Notes: generated from the sequence alone by a model not told the origin. A stretch of DNA of 64,000 nt from Candidatus Moraniibacteriota bacterium (GCA_028688415.1 JAQTYF010000001.1:80627-144626), one strand, 5' to 3'; shown: positions 29,834-39,840, numbered from the stretch's first letter. Program-made: numbers and translations.

Positions 29834-30187
29834 ATGCAGGTATTTTGTGAGGTGGTAAAAAAAGAACAATATTCTTGGAAAAAACACGTAGTGTGGTTTC
29901 TTACTTTTTCAAAATCATATCTCGAAAAAGATATGACAATACAAAACAAGGAGAAAAAAATGATTGAAGACGTTATTAAACAGGCTGAAAAAGCTATCGA
30001 ACGAAGAGACCTCGTGGTCGCTCTCGCGGCACGAAAGGTTTTTGTCTATATCACTCGAGAGGAGCGATATCGGGATCATGAGTATTTCACGGCGAAATAT
30101 CGTGAGATATGTGCTGGCATAGATAAACTCATTTACGCCGATGAAGCACTAGGTGAATCGAAAACGACGAAAAGACTCGTTGCGTAA
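29834..30187 (+). CDS. Hypothetical protein (orphan)
   Basis: ORF with its own -10 box, RBS (AAGGA) and terminator; alternative start ~29960. Confidence 0.55.
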   Translation: MQVFCEVVKKEQYSWKKHVVWFLTFSKSYLEKDMTIQNKEKKMIEDVIKQAEKAIERRDLVVALAARKVFVYITREERYRDHEYFTAKYREICAGIDKLIYADEALGESKTTKRLVA

Positions 30188-30202
30188 ATATGCAATGAGT
30201 AG

Positions 30203-30243
30203 GGCTCGGTAATCAGGGAAACTTCCTTGGTTACCGAGTTTTT
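30203..30243 (+). terminator. Intrinsic terminator
   Basis: CTCGGTAATCAGGGAA/TTCCTTGGTTACCGAG followed by a T-run. Confidence 0.75.
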
Positions 30244-30290
30244 GTTTTCTCGTGAAAAATGATACACTAGAATACTTACTTTTTAAATAT

Positions 30291-30764
30291 ATGACTATGG
30301 CTCTCGCTCTCGGTACGCAAGCACCAGATTTTTCTCTCCCAGATCAGAATGGTGTTCTCCATCATTTTGAGACCTCTCTCGGAAAATGGGTGATTCTCTA
30401 TTTCTACCCCAAGGATGATACCCCTGGATGTACGATCGAAGCCTGTAGTTTCCGAGACAATTTTTCTGCACTTACAGAAGCTGGGATTGTTGTGCTCGGC
30501 GTTTCTGTCGATTCAGTGGTCAAACATGCAAAGTTCGTGTCGAAATATGAACTTCCATTCACACTTCTTTCTGATGAAGAAAAAGAGGTTGTTGCACTGT
30601 ATGGAGTGTGGGGGAAGAAGAAATTTATGGGACACGAGTATATGGGGACGAGCCGGGTGTCTTTTCTTATCGATCCGACAGGGAAGATTGTGAAGATCTA
30701 TGATCCGGTGAAGACGCTTGGTCATGCCAAAGAAGTATTGGCAGATGTTCAATCATTGAAATAA
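30291..30764 (+). CDS. bcp: Thioredoxin-dependent peroxiredoxin BCP
   Basis: YFYPKDDTPGCTIEAC. Confidence 0.95.
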   Translation: MTMALALGTQAPDFSLPDQNGVLHHFETSLGKWVILYFYPKDDTPGCTIEACSFRDNFSALTEAGIVVLGVSVDSVVKHAKFVSKYELPFTLLSDEEKEVVALYGVWGKKKFMGHEYMGTSRVSFLIDPTGKIVKIYDPVKTLGHAKEVLADVQSLK

Positions 30765-30773
30765 TAGAGGACT

Positions 30774-32177
30774 ATGCAATTTCTTTTTACAAAAAATGTT
30801 TCCGAGAAAAGTGTGTTGGCGCATATTACAGACAAAGAAACTGATGAGGTAGTCCATAAAGGAGAAAGAGAAGAACTCTTGCTCGGTATTGGTTCACGAG
30901 AAAAAATGACCAGACGAAAGTTATTGCTTCTTCCTCGTCGTATGGTGATGCTCGCTCAGTCAAAGAATATGAGGGAAATTTCGATTGATTGGCAGGAATG
31001 GCACTTTCCACATTTGAATATCGATGAAGTGGAGCTGGCAGAAATATTTGCGACGAATGCACTCATGGCCGATTTCTCTTTTGATGTATTCAAGACAAAG
31101 CCGAAAAACGGCTTTTCAAAAGTAGAGAAAATATTTTTTGATATATCAGTCAGAAAACAAGTCCTCGCTGGACTAAACAAGGGAATCATCATTGGAGAAG
31201 AAGTGAATGCCTCACGTCATATTGCGACGATGCCCGGAGGGGAGATGACTCCATCAATACTGGCGATGCACGCAAAAAAGGCAATCAAAAATCTTCCCAT
31301 CAAACTCTCTGTCCTTGATGAAAAAGCGATGGGAAAATTGAAAATGGGAGGAATACTCGGTGTCGGTAAAGGTTCTATAGAGAAATCATATTTTATCGTA
31401 TTGGAATATTGGGGAGCTGGAAAGCCCGCCCAGGGCGGGTCCGCCTTTGACGGAAAAGGGCCAGTTGTTTTGGTTGGCAAAGGCGTGACTTTTGATACTG
31501 GTGGTATCAATCTGAAACCGAGTGATAGTATCCTCGGAATGAATATGGATATGTCAGGAGGAGCATCGGTAATACACGCTCTCGCTTCAGCTGCACGTCT
31601 GAAAATGAAAAAAAATATTGTCGCTTTGATTCCGGCGGTGGAAAATATGGCATCGGGTTCGAGTTATCGTCCAGGTGATGTGCTCCGTTCGATGTCTGGA
31701 AAAACAATTGAAGTTTTGAATACGGATGCTGAAGGAAGAATTATTCTTGCTGATGCACTCATCTATGCAAAGAGGTATCATCCGAAATTGGTCGTTGATG
31801 TCGCGACGCTGACCGGTGCGTCTCTCGTCGCGCTTGGTGAGCGAGCTTCAGCTCTGTTCACACAGGACGAGAAACTAGAACAACTGTTTCGTCATCTCGG
31901 TGAAGAAAGTGGAGATCATGTTTGGCCACTGCCACTTTGGGATGAATATGATGATGAAGTGAAGGGTACTTTTGGTGATGTTGCCAATCTCGGAAAGACA
32001 CGCTGGGGCGGTGCTATCACTGCTGCCGTTTTCCTGAAACAATTTGTCGACAAGGCATATCCGTGGGTACATCTCGATATTGCACCACGGATGACGACCC
32101 TTTCTGATGAATTTCTTGCCAGGGGATCAGCTGGCGCGCCAGTTCGTTTGCTGGTAAAATTATTGGAAAAATTCTAG
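30774..32177 (+). CDS. pepA: M17 leucyl aminopeptidase
   Basis: VGKGVTFDTGG, DMSGG, NTDAEGR and ATLTGA. Confidence 0.95.
   Translation: MQFLFTKNVSEKSVLAHITDKETDEVVHKGEREELLLGIGSREKMTRRKLLLLPRRMVMLAQSKNMREISIDWQEWHFPHLNIDEVELAEIFATNALMADFSFDVFKTKPKNGFSKVEKIFFDISVRKQVLAGLNKGIIIGEEVNASRHIATMPGGEMTPSILAMHAKKAIKNLPIKLSVLDEKAMGKLKMGGILGVGKGSIEKSYFIVLEYWGAGKPAQGGSAFDGKGPVVLVGKGVTFDTGGINLKPSDSILGMNMDMSGGASVIHALASAARLKMKKNIVALIPAVENMASGSSYRPGDVLRSMSGKTIEVLNTDAEGRIILADALIYAKRYHPKLVVDVATLTGASLVALGERASALFTQDEKLEQLFRHLGEESGDHVWPLPLWDEYDDEVKGTFGDVANLGKTRWGGAITAAVFLKQFVDKAYPWVHLDIAPRMTTLSDEFLARGSAGAPVRLLVKLLEKF
31425..31457 (+). repeat. In-frame palindromic insertion in pepA (PAQGGSAFDGK)
   Basis: 26 of 33 positions identical to the intergenic palindrome at 32790-32822. 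Confidence 0.7.
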
Positions 32178-32205
32178 AGAAGATATCTTAAAAGAAAGAT
32201 ATAAT

Positions 32206-32235
32206 AAAAAAATGGCTTTTATGAGCCATTTTTTT
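32206..32235 (+). terminator. Intrinsic terminator (bidirectional)
   Basis: A-run-TGGCT..AGCCA-T-run. Confidence 0.65.
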
Positions 32236-32252
32236 GGTGCATAACTTTTGTG

Positions 32253-32316
32253 TTGACGGCTGTGAGAGAGTGGCGTAAAATGGGGACATGTGAAAGAGAA
32301 GTGGGACAGAGTGGGG
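32253..32316 (+). promoter_or_regulatory. dcw promoter with MraZ-binding GTGG repeats
   Basis: TTGACG-17 nt-TAAAAT; GTGG-like boxes at 32270, 32280, 32290, 32301 and 32311 (10-11 nt period), matching known MraZ operators. Confidence 0.8.
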
Positions 32317-32333
32317 AAATTAACAAAAATGTT

Positions 32334-32768
32334 ATGTTCATCGGAGAATACTCACATACGATCGATCCCAAGAAGCGCCTCGCGCTTCCTTCAAAGTTTC
32401 GTGGTGAACTCGGAAGCAAAGTTGTAGTGACACGAGGACTCGATAATTGTTTGTTTGTGTATCCGATGAAGGTATGGGAAGAACTCGCAATCAAACTCGG
32501 GACACTACCAGTTGGTGAAGCAGGAACGCGAAGTTTTATTCGTGTGATGCTCGCAGGTGCGACTGATGTCGAGCTCGATAATCAGGGACGCATTCTTCTT
32601 CCGGAATATTTGAAGAATGATGGTGGCTTGAAAAAAGATGTCACGATTGTTGGACTCTTCAATCGTCTCGAAATATGGGACACGACGAAGTGGAACAAAT
32701 ACAAGAGTCAGGCAGAGAAGAATACAGGAAAGATTGCAGAGGATTTAGGTAAGCTGGGCATTTACTAA
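32334..32768 (+). CDS. mraZ: Transcriptional regulator MraZ
   Basis: MFIGEY.HTID.K.RL.LP and D.QGRILLP. Confidence 0.95.
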   Translation: MFIGEYSHTIDPKKRLALPSKFRGELGSKVVVTRGLDNCLFVYPMKVWEELAIKLGTLPVGEAGTRSFIRVMLAGATDVELDNQGRILLPEYLKNDGGLKKDVTIVGLFNRLEIWDTTKWNKYKSQAEKNTGKIAEDLGKLGIY

Positions 32769-32789
32769 AATACGAAAAATTCAAAAATC

Positions 32790-32822
32790 TCAGCCAAAGG
32801 CGGATCAGCCTTTGGCGGAAAA
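32790..32822. repeat. Short REP-like palindrome
   Basis: GCCAAAGGC-GGATCA-GCCTTTGGC perfect inverted repeat in an AT-rich spacer. Confidence 0.75.
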
Positions 32823-32904
32823 CAGTTCTAAAGAAAAAACAAAAAAAATTCAAAACACAAAATATCAATACAAAATTTGCTTGCATTAATATTTTGAAGG
32901 TTGA

Positions 32905-33879
32905 ATGAATACTATGGAAGAAGTGAAACATATACCAGTTCTTTTGCAAGAAGTAGTCGATGGACTTTCTCTTCATCCAGGGGATATTGTCGTTGACGCA
33001 ACATTCGGTGGAGGTGGGTATACCAAAGAAATACTCACACGTATTCTCCCAGGAGGAAGAGTTATTGCTATTGATACCGATCTGTCTACTCTCGAATCTT
33101 TCCGAAAAAGAGTAAAGGAAGACGTGTTCCTTTCTCAAAGACTCGAGAAAGAAGAACTTGTACTCGTGCACAGTAATTATTCCGCACTGGAATCAGTACT
33201 CGAGAATCAAGGTATAGAGAGAATCGATGCTCTCGTCGCTGATCTCGGATTTTCCTCTGATCAGATAGAAGCAAGCGAAAGAGGATTGAGCTTTATGCTT
33301 GATGGACCGCTCGATATGCGACTCAATCGTGAAACAGGGATTACTGCTGGGGAAATAGTGAATACATTTTCTCTGGAAGCTCTCGAAAAAATCCTTCGTG
33401 ATTTTGGAGACGAAAGCGAATGTCGGCGTATAGCCAAGGCCCTTGTAAAAGAGAGAGAAGAGAAGCCTTTTACGACAACAGATGAATTACGAGAAATGAT
33501 CGAAAGAGTATATCCCAGAGGAAAACGATATAAGATGAAGATTCATCCTGCAACCAAGACATTTCAGGCACTCCGTATCGCTGTCAACGAAGAAGAAAAA
33601 CATCTGGACGAATTTCTCAAACAATCGGGAAATCGAATGAAGAAGGGTGGACGGATAGCTATCGTCACATTCCATTCTGGAGAAGATCGAAGAGTAAAAC
33701 AGTTTTGGAAAGAACAAGCAGAGGGTTGTGTCTGTCCACCAGGGTTCCCGGTCTGCCGTTGTGGGAATATGCCAAAAGTAAAAATACTCACGAAAAAACC
33801 AATTATCCCAACAGACGAAGAAATCAAAAAAAATCCGAGAGCTCGTAGTGCCAAGCTCCGTATCGCAGAAAAAATCTGA
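32905..33879 (+). CDS. rsmH: 16S rRNA m4C1402 methyltransferase
   Basis: HIPVLL, DATFGGGGY, DLGFSS, FQALRIAVN and NPRARSAKLR. Confidence 0.95.
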   Translation: MNTMEEVKHIPVLLQEVVDGLSLHPGDIVVDATFGGGGYTKEILTRILPGGRVIAIDTDLSTLESFRKRVKEDVFLSQRLEKEELVLVHSNYSALESVLENQGIERIDALVADLGFSSDQIEASERGLSFMLDGPLDMRLNRETGITAGEIVNTFSLEALEKILRDFGDESECRRIAKALVKEREEKPFTTTDELREMIERVYPRGKRYKMKIHPATKTFQALRIAVNEEEKHLDEFLKQSGNRMKKGGRIAIVTFHSGEDRRVKQFWKEQAEGCVCPPGFPVCRCGNMPKVKILTKKPIIPTDEEIKKNPRARSAKLRIAEKI

Positions 33880-33915
33880 TAGAGTGGCACCAAAAAATAA
33901 AAAACAAAAAAGAAT

Positions 33916-34284
33916 ATGAGAACGTATTACTGCAAAATAGCAGAGACAAAAAGAAAAAGGGAAGATAGCAGATCTCGAACATTGACCGGGTCTGTTCATA
34001 TTGCTCTCCTTAGTATGCTTATGATGACTTTTGTAGGAGGAGGTATCTATCTCTATTCTGTCAATAAAAGTGCCGTCCAGGGATATCATATGAGGACTCT
34101 TGAAAAAGAAATCGGAGTATTGAAACAAGAAAATGAAAATTTGAGAATAAGTGAAGCAGATGCTCGTTCGCTCTATCGTATGGAAACAGTCAGAGAAGAC
34201 CTCCATATGCAAAAAATTGAAGCCCCTCTCTTTCTCGAGGATACCGAAAGAGAAAGCCACGATCGTTCAGTAGCTCTCAGATAG
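33916..34284 (+). CDS. FtsL-like cell division protein
   Basis: TM helix plus coiled coil, located between rsmH and the PBP gene. Confidence 0.65.
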   Translation: MRTYYCKIAETKRKREDSRSRTLTGSVHIALLSMLMMTFVGGGIYLYSVNKSAVQGYHMRTLEKEIGVLKQENENLRISEADARSLYRMETVREDLHMQKIEAPLFLEDTERESHDRSVALR

Positions 34285-34313
34285 CATCAGATATTTCTGG
34301 AGATAAATCATAG

Positions 34314-36101
34314 ATGAGACAGGCAGATATGCAAGGCTCTAGAAATCTTTTTTTGAAAAAGACAACAAAGAACACTTCTGGTTCGAGATATATGAGTCGT
34401 ACCCATTCTCTCTTCTTCATCTTTCTTTTCATTGGAACTTTGCTCACGGGTCGTATGATTTTTCTTCAAATCATCGATCATGAAAAATGGGTCGCGATAG
34501 CAGAAAATCAACACACGGTCTCTCAAGGACTTTCAGCGGATCGTGGGGAGATATACATTCATGATGGTGATAGTCGATATCCTCTGGCAGTCAATCGTGA
34601 ATATCAGACCGTCTATGTCTCACCCAAAGATGTTGTAGAGAAAGATCGGATGACACTGGAACTCTCACGCATTCTTGGATTGGAAACAGATTTTGTGCAG
34701 AATAAGCTCAAGATTCCTGACGATCCGTTTGAAATACTGAAAAAACGTTTGACGGATGATGAAATACAAGGTATTAAAAATCTTCATCTTAAAGGAGTTT
34801 CTTTCTTGTCCGAGAAATATCGATACTATCCAGGCGGACAACTTGCTGCGCATGTTGTGGGATTCGTCGGTTCCAACGAAAATGGAAAATCGAATGGATA
34901 TGGTATAGAAGCATCAAAAAATATTCTCCTTCAAGGTGAGTCTGGCACTGTCTCTCAAGAGAAAGATGCTTCAGGAAGGTGGCTTCCTCTTTCTGATCGT
35001 GAAATGATAGCTCCGAAAAATGGTGATAATGTGGTATTGACTATTGATCGTGTTGTACAGTATGAAACAGAAAAGATTCTCAAAGAATCAGTAGAACTTT
35101 ATGGTGCCGATGGCGCTACGGCTATCGTGATGGATCCGAAGACAGGAAATATTCTTTCTATGGCAAGTTTTCCCCAATTTGATCCTAATTCATATGGCGA
35201 GCAGGAAGATTATTCGATATTTCTCAATCCAGCAGTGAGTGTTTCGTATGAGCCAGGATCAATCATGAAACCAATTACGATGGCTATTGGCATTGAAGAA
35301 GAGAAGGTGTCTCCTCGAACAGAATATGTCGATACAGGATCAGTGAACGAATCTGGATATGTCATTCGTAATTCGGAAGAAAAAGTGTACGGAAGGAGTA
35401 CAATGACACATGTTTTGGACATGTCAATCAATACTGGTGTTATTTTTGTAGAGAAACTCGTCGGTAATCAGTTGTTTGGTGAATATCTGAAAAAATTTGG
35501 TTTTGGAGAGAAAACGAGTATAGATTTACCAGCAGAACTTTCTGGAAACATAAGTAACTTACGCAATCCTCGAGCAACACTCAACTTCTTCACAGCTTCT
35601 TTTGGTCAGGGGATTGCAGCGACACCTCTTCAAATGATCACAGCCTATGCTGTTCTCGCTAATGGTGGTAATTTGGTGAAACCAAGGATTATTGAGAGTA
35701 TTTCTGACGAAAATAATCAGGAAGAGACTGTGCCAACAGAAATTGTACGACGAGTCATTAGAGAAGAAACGAGTCGGTCCATGGGAGAAATGTTACGGAG
35801 TGTTGTTGTGAATGGACACGGAAAACGAGCTGATGTCCCTGGATATCTCGTTGGCGGAAAAACAGGAACAGCTCAGGTAGCCAAAACAGGAAGCAAAGGA
35901 TACGAAGACAGTGTCACAATAGGATCATTTGTGGGTTATGCGCCGATTAATAATCCAAGATTTGTTGTGCTTGTGAAGCTTGATAATCCAAAAAATGTAG
36001 AATGGGCAGAGTCGAGTGCTGCACCAGCATTTGGTAGAATCATGAAATTTCTGCTAGAATACGCCAAGATTCAACCGACTGAGACAATTCCAATAAAGTG
36101 A
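34314..36101 (+). CDS. ftsI: Class B penicillin-binding protein
   Basis: RGEI, RYYP, EPGSIMK (SxxK), SIN and KTGTAQ. Confidence 0.9.
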   Translation: MRQADMQGSRNLFLKKTTKNTSGSRYMSRTHSLFFIFLFIGTLLTGRMIFLQIIDHEKWVAIAENQHTVSQGLSADRGEIYIHDGDSRYPLAVNREYQTVYVSPKDVVEKDRMTLELSRILGLETDFVQNKLKIPDDPFEILKKRLTDDEIQGIKNLHLKGVSFLSEKYRYYPGGQLAAHVVGFVGSNENGKSNGYGIEASKNILLQGESGTVSQEKDASGRWLPLSDREMIAPKNGDNVVLTIDRVVQYETEKILKESVELYGADGATAIVMDPKTGNILSMASFPQFDPNSYGEQEDYSIFLNPAVSVSYEPGSIMKPITMAIGIEEEKVSPRTEYVDTGSVNESGYVIRNSEEKVYGRSTMTHVLDMSINTGVIFVEKLVGNQLFGEYLKKFGFGEKTSIDLPAELSGNISNLRNPRATLNFFTASFGQGIAATPLQMITAYAVLANGGNLVKPRIIESISDENNQEETVPTEIVRRVIREETSRSMGEMLRSVVVNGHGKRADVPGYLVGGKTGTAQVAKTGSKGYEDSVTIGSFVGYAPINNPRFVVLVKLDNPKNVEWAESSAAPAFGRIMKFLLEYAKIQPTETIPIK

Positions 36102-36145
36102 TATTCTTTGAAAGATTTTCTTTTAAAGAGGGGGTAAATGTATAT

Positions 36146-37483
36146 ATGATGAATCATCAGAAAAAAAATTTTTTGCAGAGCATACTGCGATTTATGGCAC
36201 AAGTGATACTGAAAAAGTATCATCCGCTTGTAGTTGCTATTACTGGATCTGTAGGAAAGAGTTCGACCAAAGAAGCAATAGCATTGGTATTGTCACGAGC
36301 GTATAATATCCGTAAATCAGAGGGGAATTATAATAATGAGATCGGAGTACCGTTAACGATTATTGGTATTGAAAGTGGTGGATCATCGATAATAGCCTGG
36401 ATCAAAGTTGTCTTTTTTTGGTTGCAAAGAGTTCTGTTCCCTGTGAAGTATCCACAAATATTGATTCTTGAGATGGCCATTGATCGTCCTCTCGATATGC
36501 AGTATCTGCTCAGTTTTGTTCCGGTAGACATCGGTATTATCACTCAAATCTCTTCGAGTCATTTGGAATTCTTCGGATCATTGGGAGAAATTGCGAAGGA
36601 AAAAGGAAAGCTTGTTTCTGCTATACCTGAGAATGGATTTGCAATACTCAATTTTGACGACAAGCGAGTGATGAAAATGCAAGAGAAGACGAAGGCCAAA
36701 GTGTTGACATATGGTTTTGGTGAAGGAGCGATGTTTCGTGTTGATAACATACTCTTCCACCGCGATATCAAACAAACAGAAGGACTTAGCTTCAAATTGA
36801 ATTATGCCGGAAAAACTATTCCAGTGCGACTGCCAAAAATTATTGCGCAGCATTCTTTGTCAGCCGTTTTGTCTGCGGTGGCAGTGGGCATTGCTCTCAA
36901 GATGCATTTAGTAGAAATTGCAGAAACGTTAGAGGGTTTTGAGTCATTACCAGGAAGACTGCGATTGCTCCCGGGGAAGAACGGTATGTTTCTTTTTGAT
37001 GACACCTACAACGCTTCGCCTGTTTCTACTCTGGTCGCCCTGGAAACGTTGAGAGAATTTATGGCACCTCGTAAAGTAGTTGTACTCGGTGATATGCTGG
37101 AACTCGGACCAAGCGCGAAGGAAGAGCATCAATCTTTGAAGGACGCTGTCATTACCTCAGGTGCTTTGATAGTCATCCTTGTCGGAACATATATGAAGGC
37201 ACTTGCAGATGTATTACGGAAAGAGGGTTTTTCACAGAAACAGTTGTACTGGTTTCCTGATGAGACATCTGCTCGTATAGAAATCTCAAATATTGTCCGG
37301 TCAGAGGATCTCATACTCATCAAGGGTTCTAGAGGAATGCGTATGGAAAAAATTACCGAGATGCTTCTTCAGGATCCTCGTGATGCAAAGACACTGCTTT
37401 GTTGTCAGTCCAAGGAATGGCGTGATCGTCCATTTATAGCACCAAAGGAATGGGAGAAAAATGAAGATACTCTATTCCGATGA
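36146..37483 (+). CDS. murF: UDP-MurNAc-tripeptide--D-Ala-D-Ala ligase
   Basis: ITGSVGKSSTK, NNEIGVP, DDTYNASP, GDMLELG and KGSR. Confidence 0.92.
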   Translation: MMNHQKKNFLQSILRFMAQVILKKYHPLVVAITGSVGKSSTKEAIALVLSRAYNIRKSEGNYNNEIGVPLTIIGIESGGSSIIAWIKVVFFWLQRVLFPVKYPQILILEMAIDRPLDMQYLLSFVPVDIGIITQISSSHLEFFGSLGEIAKEKGKLVSAIPENGFAILNFDDKRVMKMQEKTKAKVLTYGFGEGAMFRVDNILFHRDIKQTEGLSFKLNYAGKTIPVRLPKIIAQHSLSAVLSAVAVGIALKMHLVEIAETLEGFESLPGRLRLLPGKNGMFLFDDTYNASPVSTLVALETLREFMAPRKVVVLGDMLELGPSAKEEHQSLKDAVITSGALIVILVGTYMKALADVLRKEGFSQKQLYWFPDETSARIEISNIVRSEDLILIKGSRGMRMEKITEMLLQDPRDAKTLLCCQSKEWRDRPFIAPKEWEKNEDTLFR

Positions 37484-37522
37484 TTGTTTTATAAAATAAA
37501 AAGTGTGAAGGATAGAGAGGAC

Positions 37523-37551
37523 TTGCACACCTCGAAAAAGAAAGCTATACT
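37523..37551 (+). promoter_or_regulatory. Sigma70-type promoter of khpA
   Basis: TTGCAC-17 nt-TATACT. Confidence 0.6.
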
Positions 37552-37603
37552 AGCAAGAGAAGATGTATTCTTCAATAATGATTTAATCCGTATATCAAGT
37601 CTT

Positions 37604-37981
37604 ATGACAGACAATGTGAAAGACAGAGATTTTATCGAGTACGCTGTGAAGATGCTCGTAGACAATCCAGAAGATGTGAAGGTAGAAAGAAAGATCGATG
37701 AGATGGGAGTGCTTATTACACTCGATGTAAATCCGAAAGATATGGGTATGGTAATTGGTCGTGAAGGTATGACCGCCAAGGCTTTGCGAACTCTGCTTCG
37801 TGTGATTGGAGCACGCAACAATGCTCGTGTGAATCTTAAAATCAATGAACCAGAAGGATCGGAGCGTCCACCACGTGAACCTCGTGAACATGTCGCACCT
37901 GTAGTTTCTTCAGTAACTGAAACTCCTAAATCAGAAGAGAAGAAAACCTTGGATGACGTGATGAATGATATTCAGATATAA
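37604..37981 (+). CDS. khpA: KH-domain RNA-binding protein KhpA
   Basis: LVDNPEDV and DMGMVIGREG.TAKALRT. Confidence 0.85.
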   Translation: MTDNVKDRDFIEYAVKMLVDNPEDVKVERKIDEMGVLITLDVNPKDMGMVIGREGMTAKALRTLLRVIGARNNARVNLKINEPEGSERPPREPREHVAPVVSSVTETPKSEEKKTLDDVMNDIQI

Positions 37982-37999
37982 TTTTTGTTGATAGTATCG

Positions 38000-38028
38000 A
38001 AAAACCACCCTCATTGGGTGGTTTTTTT
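38000..38028 (+). terminator. Intrinsic terminator
   Basis: AAAAACCACCC-TCATT-GGGTGGTTTTT. Confidence 0.85.
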
Positions 38029-38093
38029 GCTTTTCTTTCTTGGATATTTTATAATGGAAATATTGTGAAAATAATTTTAAAAAATTGCTACGT

Positions 38094-38654
38094 ATGCAGA
38101 CAGAAAAAACACCCCTGGAAGGAGTGATAATTATTACACCAGATATTTTTTCAGATGAACGAGGTTTTTTTGTGGAAACGTTTCAAGAAAAACGTTATCA
38201 GGAAATATTTGGTGCCGATGTGCATTTCGTACAGGACAATTTTTCTGCTTCCAAAAAAGGTGTGCTTCGAGGACTGCATTATCAGGCATCTCCATTTGCT
38301 CAAGCAAAACTTGTACAAGTAGTGAAAGGGAGGGTACTTGACGTAGCAGTCGATGTTCGTTTTGGATCGCCGACATTCGGACAATTTGTTTCTGTAGAAC
38401 TTTCAGAAGAAAATCACAAGCAATTTTTTATTCCTGCAGGTTTTGCTCACGGGTTTGTCGCTCTCGAAGATGATACATTGTTTCAATACAAATGTACGAA
38501 TGTTTATTCCAAAGAACATGAACGAGGAATTATCTGGAATGACAAAGCAATTGGGATAGAATGGGGTATAAAGCAACCTCTCGTTTCGGGAAAAGATAAT
38601 GAGCACCCGCTCCTTCAAGATATTGTACAAGATTTTGTATATCAGAAAAAATGA
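38094..38654 (+). CDS. rmlC: dTDP-4-dehydrorhamnose 3,5-epimerase
   Basis: DERGFF, VLRGLHYQ and PAGFAHGF. Confidence 0.95.
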   Translation: MQTEKTPLEGVIIITPDIFSDERGFFVETFQEKRYQEIFGADVHFVQDNFSASKKGVLRGLHYQASPFAQAKLVQVVKGRVLDVAVDVRFGSPTFGQFVSVELSEENHKQFFIPAGFAHGFVALEDDTLFQYKCTNVYSKEHERGIIWNDKAIGIEWGIKQPLVSGKDNEHPLLQDIVQDFVYQKK

Positions 38655-38707
38655 TAGGAAATATATTGAAACAATTTGTATAAGGAAAAGCATATTGAAA
38701 AACATCT

Positions 38708-38794
38708 GAAAATATCTTCAGAATGTTTTTTAGGAAACCATTGGGCGAAACCTCTTCGGACGGGTTTATCTAAAAATATTCTGAAGATATTTTC
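38708..38794 (+). repeat. Long hairpin element, family E
   Basis: GAAAATATCTTCAGAAT/ATTCTGAAGATATTTTC perfect 17-bp stem, extending to about 30 bp. Confidence 0.8.
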
Positions 38795-38834
38795 TTTCTA
38801 TTAAGCATCGCATTTAATTTATCTCTTTCTTATT

Positions 38835-39812
38835 ATGAAAATACTTGTTACCGGAGGAGCTGGATTTATAGGGAGCAATTTTGTTCATCATATTCTGAAT
38901 ACCTATCCTCTTTATGAAGTCATCAATCTTGATGTACTGACATACGCAGGAAACCTAGAAAACCTGAAACAATGGGAAGATGATAAGCGATATCGTTTTG
39001 TGAAAGGGAGTATTACTGATTCGACCATCGTTGACCCTCTTGTAGCAGAATCTGACGTAATAGTGCATTTTGCAGCGGAATCACACGTGGATCGTTCTAT
39101 TACTGGGCCGGATGTTTTTATTGATACCAATATCAAAGGTACATTTACACTCCTCGAATCAGCCCGCAAACAGAACAAACGTTTCCACCATGTCTCTACT
39201 GATGAAGTATTTGGAGCGCTCGGACCAAATGATGCACCTTTTGATGAATCCACCCCGTATGATCCTCGAAGTCCGTATAGTGCTTCCAAGGCATCCTCTG
39301 ATCATCTCGTTCGTTCATATTTTCATACGTATGATCTTCCGGTGACGATTTCCAATTGTTCGAATAATTATGGCCCGTATCACTTTCCAGAAAAACTCAT
39401 TCCTCTTATTATTACCAATCTTCTCGAAAATAAAAAAATACCAGTTTATGGTGACGGACTACAGGTACGCGATTGGCTATACGTCGAGGATCACTGTAAG
39501 GCTATTGATCTCATTTTGCATCAGGGAAAAATCGGTGAAACATATTGTATCGGAGGGAATAGTGAACGAGAGAACATTTGGATTGTCAAGAAAGTGATTG
39601 AGCTGTTAGACAAAGACGAGAATATGATCGAATATGTGAAAGATCGTGCCGGACATGATCGGAGATATGCAATCAATTATTCTAAAATTGAGCGTGAGTT
39701 GGGCTGGCGCCCAGAGGTCAATTTGGAAGCCGGACTTCTAAAAACAGTGGAGTGGTTCAGAGAGCATGAAGCTTGGTGGAAAAACATCAAGTCTGGAAAT
39801 TATCAAAAATAG
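38835..39812 (+). CDS. rmlB: dTDP-glucose 4,6-dehydratase
   Basis: TGGAGFIG, AAESHVDRS, STDEV and YSASK. Confidence 0.95.
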   Translation: MKILVTGGAGFIGSNFVHHILNTYPLYEVINLDVLTYAGNLENLKQWEDDKRYRFVKGSITDSTIVDPLVAESDVIVHFAAESHVDRSITGPDVFIDTNIKGTFTLLESARKQNKRFHHVSTDEVFGALGPNDAPFDESTPYDPRSPYSASKASSDHLVRSYFHTYDLPVTISNCSNNYGPYHFPEKLIPLIITNLLENKKIPVYGDGLQVRDWLYVEDHCKAIDLILHQGKIGETYCIGGNSERENIWIVKKVIELLDKDENMIEYVKDRAGHDRRYAINYSKIERELGWRPEVNLEAGLLKTVEWFREHEAWWKNIKSGNYQK

Positions 39813-39840
39813 TATTAGCAGTACTTACAAAAAATGATAA

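Noticed and set aside
32253..32316. GTGG repeats as a novel repeat
   Set aside because: Known MraZ operator architecture.
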